Source: Octopus sinensis (Eukaryota). From it: a DNA stretch of 64,000 nucleotides. The position numbers were made by a program, and so were the translations under genes. Every line of letters begins with the position of its first letter. The stretch's first letter is position 1. This document shows, piece by piece, positions 54,846 to 64,000 of the stretch. The DNA lies in contig NC_042997.1 of NCBI RefSeq assembly GCF_006345805.1, positions 147,064,001-147,128,000 on the forward strand, in the 5' to 3' direction. Below the pieces are notes generated by a model. The model was not told the origin of the DNA. It saw only the letters and a program-made list of their open reading frames with translations, and ran no database searches.

Positions 54846-55661
54846 TACCAAGGATTGGCCCTTTTGGTAGACACTGCTAGATTACTGATAAAAAATTAAT
54901 TCTAAAAGTGTTTTGAATCACCTGAAACAGCACTAAAATAAACCCAAGATGTATTTCCCTATAGTTGTGGAAAGATCAATGAGACGAGACTAATTAAAAA
55001 AATATCCTAGTTTGTTGTCATTGCATTTATATTTCTTAAAACCTCGCAAAATAAAAATGATAGACGTCATAAATTTTTTCAATTACCCCGGGGGCCTTCC
55101 GATTATACGCAAAAAATAATTTAAATTTCAATGCAAGATCAATTGAATAAGAACTCAACACCTTCAATATCCCGCAAAAATTTGTAAAATACAAGATTTT
55201 ATTAAATTTCTCATATATATCAGCATCTATTTGAATTTTATCAAATTTAGCTGAGTTGTTCTCTGCTGGAAGTGTTTAGAAAATAAGTAAATGAAATCTT
55301 TTCAGTCTTCCATACTTCACATAGTGGAATATTTCTTTCGGGTTTTCCTTCCGGCTATTCTATTCGAAGTATTCGATTTCAGAAGAAATACTGAACAAAG
55401 TGGTTAGTTCAACGTTTCCGACACTCGACAGGTGTGAAACAAGTGGGAACGATAGACGTGGAGGACATTGGGATGTAGTGAGTCAGTTTAAAAAGAGGTG
55501 GCCTCAAGTAGGAAACTTTAGTGTGTAATATATAGGTCACTAAGTAAGAGAGAGGAATAGAGAGGGAGACAGAAAGGAGAGAAAGGTAGAAAGAGTACAC
55601 AGCTAGATATAGGTACGTTTAATATTTTACTGGTTCTAGTGTAAAGCAGCGGCACCTACAA

Positions 55662-55757
55662 CACGCGCGCACGCACACATGCGCACGCACACACGCGCGC
55701 GCACACACGCGCGCGCACACACGCGCACGCACACACGCGCACGTACACACGCGCTCG
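55662..55757. repeat. CpG-rich alternating purine-pyrimidine tract (CG/CA)n
   Basis: acacgcgcgcacgcacac... read directly. Confidence 0.9.
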
Positions 55758-56074
55758 TTATTAGAGACGAAGTAGTATTAGTTCTGAATATCAGTCTCTA
55801 TATCTTAACGTAGATATACAGTAAGAAACTCACAATGTTTGGCATTTGTCTCGAGAAAGCACCCCGTATAGAAAATTTAGCGCTAAAAAGTACAGAAGTA
55901 TCAGTAGCAGCCCAAAAGTGTCCGGCAGCGGTGCCGCTGCCGGCGATCCACCAGCATTTTGAGCAAAACCCTAACTTTTTAGCACACAGTTCTCTTTGAG
56001 AAGTTTCCCTGGAACAAATATTATAGCTAGAACTGTTCTACGTTTGAATATAAATATTAAAGGTTATACACACC

Positions 56075-56205
56075 GGCGTGCTAACGAAATCGATGTATGC
56101 AATTGGTGTATGTAATCTTTTTTACTCTAGGCACAAGGCCCGAAATTTTGGGGTACGGGAAAGGATGAAAGGCAAAGTCGACCTCGGTGGAATTTGAACT
56201 CAGAA
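56075..56205 (-). mobile_element. Rearranged SINE family B fragments
   Basis: ccggcgtgctaacg and ggatgaaaggcaaagtcgacctcggtggaatttgaactcagaa. Confidence 0.7.
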
Positions 56206-57121
56206 ATTGATATATGCAATTGGTGTATGTAATGTGCGAGTTAGCTGGTTGATTTCTTTTCATGAAAGCACTTACAAACAAAACCGAGTGCACCAATTAT
56301 TATTAGCATAAATATGTATTTGTACTGCGAGTAGTTGCACGTGTTGCTTATATTTTTCTGTAAGTTGTGTTTTCCAACCCGGTTCCTTTCGTTCAGTAAT
56401 TTTATTATCACGTGTTCCGCAAGGTAAAATCTGTAAAAGTAATATCTGCTGTGTAGAGAAAGGTATTAACTATCCAGTACATTACATGATTTTGTATGCT
56501 CTCCAGCAACATCACCGAGAACTTTCAACAAAAGAGCAGATGACTGTTTCTTTAATCTTGTTAAGAATGACCTGTTGCCTAATGACAACTCAGAAAACCC
56601 CGGAAAACTTTTACGAACTGTGATTTTGAAATGTTCTTCAGTTGACTATGCTCTACAGTCATGTCTGTCGAATCAGTCGCATGAGGAGATACATGAGAGT
56701 TTAGTGATGACAGTAGTGGTTTGTTTACATTATTTTCGATATCTCTCATGGCTGATTTTGGCCAGTTTTCAGTGTCTTTAGAAGATCGATTTGCATTCCT
56801 AACTTGGAATTACAATTCTTATATGATAACCATGATTCTTATTGCTGAAGCTGTTCTTCTGTAAAATAACTAAAATTTGGATGAGTACCATCCAAACAAT
56901 TTTAAACTGCTTCATATAGCTGATAGCAGGGTAATCTCGGATTCTTTTCATATCATCTAAATGTAAAGACCAAAGGAAATGGTAAGAGTACTAACGTCGT
57001 CTTAAGTAATTTAGATTTGTCGTAATACAGCTTGCGTTGGTGCCGGAGTGATGTTGTTTCAATATCAACAATGATCATACAAGCGAAATTCTACGTAGTT
57101 AAAAGTATATTTTGTAATCTG

Positions 57122-57517
57122 AAGGCGGTGAGCTGGCAGAATCGTTAGCACGCCGGGCGAAATGCTTAGCAGTATTTCGTCTGCAGTTACGTTCTGAGTT
57201 CAAATTCCACCGAGGTCAACTTTGCCTTTCATCCTTTCGGGGTAGATTAAATAAGTACCAGTTATGCACTGGGGCCGATGTAATCGACTTAATCCGTTTG
57301 TCTGTCCTTGTTTGTCCCCTCTATGTGTAGCCCCTTGTGGGTAATAAAGAAATAGGTATTTCGTCTGCCGTTTCGTTCTGAGTTCAAATTCCGCCGAGGA
57401 CGACTTTGCCTTTCATTCTTTCGGGGTCAATTAAATAAGTACCAGTTACGCACTGGGGTCGACTTAATCCGTTTGTCTGTCCTTGTTTCTCCTCTCTGTG
57501 TTTAGCCCCTTGTGGGC
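57122..57517 (+). mobile_element. SINE family B tandem dimer
   Basis: Same junction aaagaaatag|gtatttcgtctgccg as at about 30965. Confidence 0.9.
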
Positions 57518-57875
57518 TAAATTATGTTATATTGGTAACTAAAAAATGTTTCTCTTATTTATAACAGGAGGGCAAAAGAAAACAAAAAAGAGACTAACAA
57601 AAAAACCCCAAAAAACAACACAGCTACTGACTCAGACTGGAGGAGTCAGCGTATTTGTAGATAAACGTTCATAAAGGCATTTTGAAACGATCCTCCACGT
57701 CCGCAAGTCTGATATTGACGGCGCCATGTTACTGTAAGTATGAAAGCATAAACTAGGATAATTAATATATTTAATTAGACTTCCATTCTGTTTTCCTTTC
57801 CAACAACAGGTTTCTTTTGTTGCAGGTAATATATCTATTTTTAATTTATTTTTCAATCAATGTATATATGCATAT

Positions 57876-57919
<44 letters not shown>

Positions 57920-58406
57920 TCACATACACATGCGTGCATGCATGTATGTACATTCACACACACACACACACACCACACACACACATACACCTACACGTGC
58001 ACATATATTTTATAGTACAGTATAGCTGAGGCAGCAACAGATTTTCGCTTAATTGTAGACGTATAGTATATCATACGCAATGCCATTAAGACTGATTAAT
58101 TTAATGCTTAGATGATTAATGTGATTCCATCACATATAAGCATTAATGTATAAACCAGATAATTAATATATTTAATTAAAGTTTCATCCTGTTTTCCTTT
58201 CCAACAACATGTTTCTTTGTGAAGGTAATAGTTTTACTTTTAATCTATTTTTTAAAATCATAATTTATTCAGTCATAGCAGTGATCTGTTCAATTTAAGC
58301 AAGGAGTTTAAGATCAGTTTTTTTTTAAGTAAACAGTACGTAATGACATAGTATGCTGAAAGAAATATTTTCACACACACATGCACATACACACACACAC
58401 CACACA

Positions 58407-58449
<43 letters not shown>

Positions 58450-58824
58450 TACATACACACCTAAGTGTATTGTCGGTTGAAGTTAATATAGTGAAATGAC
58501 TGTGCTGATGATACCCACTAAGACAGAAATACGTGTGGGCATTTGTCTTTTATTCAATGGAATATCAATTTTAGAGAATTGTTTGACTCTGGGGATTATG
58601 TTCCCTTTTTGTTTCGATTTGGTGCCAATTGCCAGCAAACGATTAGTATAATCTACCTTGAAGCAGAGATGTGGTTAAGAAGCTCGTTTTGGTACCAGGA
58701 GGTTTTCGTCGTGTTCGGGTTCAGTTCCACTACGTGCCACCTTGGGCAAGTCTTCTCTGATATAGCCACGGGCCAATCAGTAACTTCTGAGTGAATTTTG
58801 TAAACATAAACTGTGTGGATATAC

Positions 58825-58858
<34 letters not shown>

Positions 58859-59003
58859 TTGAATGCTCGAAATGTGTAGATAGACAACCGACAACTGATG
58901 AAGGGGACTTTTTCTGTGTTAACTTGTCCTGTTTTCCATTTTTCTCGTTGTTTATGTATTCATGTTATTTGAACCGTTGGTTACATCCTGTACCCATATA
59001 AGC

Positions 59004-59051
<48 letters not shown>

Positions 59052-59054
<3 letters not shown>

Positions 59055-59428
59055 GTTGAAATTTATAGGAAAGCAAAAGACGAAGACAGATGCATAAACA
59101 ACAAGCAGGTGTATTAGTTTGACGCTAAAGTGAGAAAGTGTTTTACGTTTCTTATTTTTTTATTGCCCACAAGGTGCTAAACATAGAAGGGACAAACAAG
59201 GACAGACAAAGGGATTAAGTCGATAACATCGACCCCAGTGCGTAACTGGTACTTAATTTATCGACCCCGAAAGGATGAAAGGCAATGTCGACCTCGGCGG
59301 AATTTGAACGCAGAACGTAACGGCAGACGAAATACCGCTAAGCATTTTGCTCGACGGGCTAACGTTTCTGCCAGCTCGTCTTTTACGTTTCGAGCCCTAC
59401 GCTCTTCGACAGAAAGGAACACAAGGAA
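59052..59428 (-). mobile_element. Family P1 repeat interrupted by SINE B (59152-59380) with 11-bp target-site duplication
   Basis: ttttacgtttc at 59141-59151 and 59381-59391. Confidence 0.8.
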
Positions 59429-59463
<35 letters not shown>

Positions 59464-59504
59464 ATATATATATAATATATATATATAATATACATACATA
59501 TATG

Positions 59505-59640
59505 TAGTTAAAGTTTACAGGAAGAAAGACGAAATAGGTGAAGGGGCAACAAGTAGATGTATTAGTTTGACGCTCAGGAAGAGTGGAGAAGTCTTTGATG
59601 TTTCGAACCTATGCTCTTCGTCAGAAAGGATTGAGAGGAT
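59505..59640 (-). mobile_element. Family P1 repeat; hammerhead-like motif at 59592-59628 with canonical CUGACGA
   Basis: Reverse complement reads cttt-CTGACGA-A-GAGC atag GTTC-GAAAC-ATC-aaag. Confidence 0.65.
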
Positions 59641-60194
59641 AAAAAATAGAGAGAGAACGAAAACAAAGACAAAAACAAAAAAAAAAACGAATGAGGAAAA
59701 ATGTGTAGGGATTATAACGTTAATGTTTGGTATCATTTTCAATTATAATAATAACAATTTTATATTAATTTGATAGGTTACTGCATACTTCTGTAGAGCA
59801 CGAATTCATTAGTCTTATGCAAGAATGTTGTTTACTGTGACTTCGAAGTCACTGAATAATAATGATATAATATATATATAATGTGTGTGTGTGTGTGTGT
59901 GTGTATGAATGTATGTGTACATGTGTGTGTGTGTGTGTGTGTATGCATGTCTGTGTTTATCCACCAATCGCTTGATAACCGGTGTTGGTTTGTTTAATAA
60001 ATTCTGTGGTTGATTTGTTCGAATAAACTTTTCAAGGCGGTGCTCCAGCATGGCCGCTGTCCAATGAGGCAAACAAGTAACTGTTAAACGATAAAAGATA
60101 ATATATTTGTACGTTTTCTAATAAACCCTTAAACATCTTGGTTGTTCAAATAAATGCGATTATCCACTCTCTTAATTCATTTTCTTTACACACG

Positions 60195-60235
<41 letters not shown>

Positions 60236-60898
60236 ACACACACACACAAACACAAATACACACACACACATTTATAAGAAGCGCACGGTTCGGAGGCTTG
60301 GAGCGATAAATCGTTAAATTTAGTGCTACAGAGAGTTGCTGCATCTTCAAGATTAATAACAAGAGGATAATTTGGGATCCATGGGATGTGCGCCAAAAAT
60401 TATTTTTAACAATTTCAGATTTTTAGGTTGGCAACAAATTTTATTGCTTGGAAAAAGAATTGCAATTTCGCAAACATTATTGCGCACACAGAACATTGAA
60501 TTATAGAAGGAAAACAGATTTTGGATTAAAATAATTCAAGCTGTTCATAATTAAATATAATATTAACAAATATAATATTAGTACAACAGGGGGAAAATTA
60601 ACTGCTTCAGAATAAAATTAAGGTAAAATTGGAGTAGGATGTAGACTAAACAGCAACCATTTTAATTTAGCATTTTGTATGAAACCCACACGCTCTCGAG
60701 TTAATGAACATATTAACCAACATATTGCTTTGTGCATTGTAAAGGTTAAAACTGAAAAAAAAAGCAACAACCTTATAAATAGATTAAATATGAAATGAAT
60801 ACTGAATATTCAGCAACTGAATCGTGGATGAGTCATTTCAGTGTTAAAATACTGTGCTGAATCAAAATTATTGTAATATTTTGGTCACTTTATTCATC

Positions 60899-61449
60899 AA
60901 GTTACAACAAAAGCAGGCTCGTATTCAAAGTAGAGGTAATCGTGTTGTACCGTCTGAAGTAAACTTTCTGCCAGTTCTTTGATCCCATGTTGATACCAGT
61001 TGTTGCTCCTTCAGCAAAGAATTCCTTCACTGAAGCTTCCATGTCCTGTTGGTCGATGGAGCGTCCCGAGCACACGAAGTGAGCCATGGATCGGAACAAG
61101 TAATAGTCCGAAAGAGATATTTTCCCGCATTCCTAACATGCATAAGCAGCGGTTAAGCAAGGACGGGTTCCCGAAACCGCTCTGCGTGTGATGGAACTCG
61201 AGGGGATAATTCACAACGAGTTCGTTCCGGATGGTTGAACCATCGATGCCAACGTGTATTTCGAACACTGGAGCGGATGTATGCTATTGTGAGGCAAAAA
61301 TACCCGGCTGTGGTTAACAGAAAGTGTGCTCTTCTACAGCAAGAAAACATATGACTTCATTCTGCACAAATGACACTCAATAATCTCCAGGAACTTGAAA
61401 GAATCGAACTGATACCACACCCAGCATATAGTGTGGACCTGTCTCTTCC
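60899..61449. mobile_element. Mariner transposase fragment with internal inversion
   Basis: Minus 60899-61112: SDYYLFRSMAHF..VKEFF..LYFE; plus 61113-61449: LCV*WN..GII..TIDANVY..LLQQEN..IPHPAYSVDLS. Confidence 0.8.
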
Positions 61450-61451
61450 TC

Positions 61452-61572
61452 TGTTACCGAACCGCTAACTTATGGAGACGTAAACAAACCAACACCATCT
61501 GACAAGCGGTGAGGAGCCAAACACACACACACGCGACATACATAATATATACATATAATATATACATAATAT

Positions 61573-61620
<48 letters not shown>

Positions 61621-61990
61621 GTGGGTCGTCTCGAGAATTTAGATTTATGGAGACAATGTTTCCATATCGCCCGAAGAAACACAACTATACCTCATAATGC
61701 AGGGAAACGGTTGCATAATCAAGTACCTGCACGCCTGGAGAATTATGTTGCGTAGAAACAATTGTAGTGATTGAATATAAATGTCCAACCGTACACTCCT
61801 TCTTTTTGACTCCAAATTTTTTCAATTATATATATATGCACGAAGGGTTTCTTACAGTTTTCGTCAGGCAAATCCACTCACAAGATTTGGTCGGCCCGGA
61901 GCTATAGCAGAAGACACTTGACCAACGTGCTGTGGGACTGAACCCGAAGCCATGTTGATGGGAAGCATGATTCTTACCACACAACCACTC
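61452..61990 (-). mobile_element. SINE family A, split at its microsatellite
   Basis: 3' part 61452-61530; head 61845-61990. Confidence 0.75.
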
Positions 61991-63000
61991 CTGTATCTAT
62001 TAACTTTTTAAAACGTTTTTATCTGAAACTGTTCAGAGAAGGAAGCACTGAAGATAGCCTCCCACTGTAAATGATCACATTTGCAATCCGTTTTGCACCA
62101 ATTTAACATACGCAAAAGCACACAAACATACATGCGCTTAACATACAATCACGTATCCATGAAGATCAGTTCCACGCTCTTTTTCTCGATAATTTATGTT
62201 TGCCTGCCATGAACATTCAGTCGTTAAATGCAAAGATTTTCCAACCACTTTGATTAGTATCCCAGTATTTGCTCCCCTTTTCACCAAGCTATTCAAGCTT
62301 TCTCTTAATACAAATATCTAGTTAACGCTATGGAATTGCATGGGAAATTTATTTGATATTACAGACTACAGTTTTAGAGCCCAGTTTAGCACAACTTCAT
62401 GACCTTCAACTGCCTTTGATGGAATTTACTTTGTTGGAAGGAATCAAACAAAGTCTCCGGTTTGAGAATAACTTTTCATTCATGCCATCAGTCTCGGTGA
62501 ATGACAAAAAAAAAAAAAAAAAAGACCCATGGGAGTTATCCACCCTTCCCTGACTAAGTTGCAAAGAATATAAGTTCGATTGAAAAACAGGCAACTACTA
62601 TACATTGGGAATGCGGAAAGGGACCATTTTCATTTACTAACTTCTAAGTAAGTCTCAATGTGGTCAATCGATTCTCAAATGATACCCTGTCGTGGCATGC
62701 TCAAAGAAAACCTATAAAATTGCAGATTGCACTTACTCATTTAGCTGGTTACCTGTGTGCCATAGATCTGCCGCCTAATCAGAGCTGTATTATACGCAAA
62801 ACTAACTTCAGTAGGATTTGAACCCCGAACGCTGAAACCCGTTACTAATACTTCAAGGCATTTTATTCGTTGCTCTAAAAACTGCCAATTTTCTGCTTTA
62901 AAACATTGTGTAAAGTGGGATTCGAACTGACGCCAACATTTGTAGACCAGAATACTCATTGTTCTGATTAAGAAGTTGTACGTTGAATTTGGCGCCTTAC

Positions 63001-63108
63001 ACTGTTTGGCCTCTCTGGGGTCTTTGCTAAAAGGTGCGATACGTTGGATATTAGAAAGCTTGAATAAAGAAGATATGGCCATGGCAGTATCGTCTGAACT
63101 TAAGTCTG
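63001..63108 (-). CDS. Candidate 108-nt internal exon (phase 1/1), product unknown
   Basis: Minus strand ttttacag|..|gtaagg; open frame DLSSDDTAMAISSLFKLSNIQRIAPFSKDPREAKQ; no repeat motif recognised; no homology recognised. Confidence 0.25.
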
Positions 63109-63179
63109 CTGTAAAATGATTGACCTCAGCCTAAACAGCAACAATAGCAACAACTGATTAATATTTTATCAGACCTAAA

Positions 63180-63400
63180 ACGGCGAGCTGGCAGAGTCGT
63201 TACCGCACCGGGCAAAATGCTTAGCGGCATTTCGAGCGTTGTTCTGTGTTCAAGTTCCACCGAAGTCGACTTTGCGTTTCATCCTTTCGAGGTCGCGAAA
63301 ATAAGTACCTTTTACCTACTGGGAGCGATGTAATCGACTGCCACCTTCCTTCTCGTAATTGCTGGTGTTGTTCCAAAATTTGAAATCAGTATTTTATCAG
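63180..63400 (+). mobile_element. Older SINE family B copy
   Basis: ggcgagctggcagagtcgtta..caagttccaccgaagtcgactttgcgtttcatcc. Confidence 0.8.
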
Positions 63401-63549
63401 GCCTGAAAGAGATAAAATTCGAAATCAAGACGAGCAAGAATTGAACTTCGAACACTGAAAAATGAAAGCAAATAACAGACAGCGTTTAAGCCGACATTTT
63501 TACCATTTCTTGAAACCAACTACTTCCACTACAACAACAAACACTAATG

Positions 63550-63700
63550 GTTACTGATGACGACGACGATGACGATGACGATGATGATGATGATCAGCAA
63601 AAGATGATGATGATGATGATGATAATGATGTCGACTATGATTACGATTGCAATGATTGTGATGATGATGTTAGTAGTGGTGGCGGTGATGATGATGCTGT
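63550..63700 (+). repeat. (GAC/GAT)n microsatellite
   Basis: Read directly. Confidence 0.9.
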
Positions 63701-64000
63701 TTCTGAAGACGCAGCTCTGCATCTCATTGATCTAAGGAGTTGAATGTAGATAAAATAGATGAGAAATGTCTTCCTCGTTTAGTTTTTTCTTATTTTTGTT
63801 TCTATATTTTTTCTTCCTTCCTTTCTTTCCTTTCTATATTAGTGGCTACTTCTCAACATCAACCTCTCTCTCTCTGTCATCCCTTCTCTCTCTCTTTCTC
63901 TGTCTTATTCTCTCTTAGTCTTTCTCTGTATTTACTCTCTTCTCTAGAATAATTATGAGAGAAAAAGCCTTGCATAAATCTAGGTTGTTTGCTGCATACT

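Larger units (their letters stand above)
58662..60105 (+). mobile_element. SINE family A halves (58662-58825 and 59940-60105) enclosing a stack of later insertions
   Basis: Head and tail motifs flank (TA)n-bounded P1 repeats and a SINE B. Confidence 0.65.

Noticed and set aside
58860-58990. CTGATGAAGGGG motif in a repeat-like block
   Set aside because: No downstream GAAA or stem II, and an alternative topology does not pair convincingly.

Overview
AT-rich, microsatellite-dense eukaryotic DNA, almost entirely transposable elements and their relics. The SINE families and repeat landscape suggest an octopus or other coleoid cephalopod (inference from recall, no database search). No intact protein-coding gene, rRNA, tRNA gene or CRISPR array can be supported; one 108-nt minus-strand exon candidate is weak. 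Recognisable elements: five decayed R4/Dong-clade non-LTR retrotransposon pieces (RT, CCHC and restriction-like endonuclease motifs; three have (TAA)n tails), three mariner relics (one internally inverted), a hAT-like element with long imperfect inverted ends, a Chapaev3-like fragment, mariner- and piggyBac-type MITEs, Penelope GIY-YIG fragments and three tRNA-derived SINE families. The most interesting signal is a set of short repeats with minimal type-I hammerhead-ribozyme-like folds, probably Penelope-derived or retrozyme-like. It includes two foldback loci with a hammerhead-like motif on each strand and a five-copy family anchored at (TA)n tracts, one copy interrupted by a SINE at the catalytic core. 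All family names and ribozyme folds are manual motif readings, not computed.
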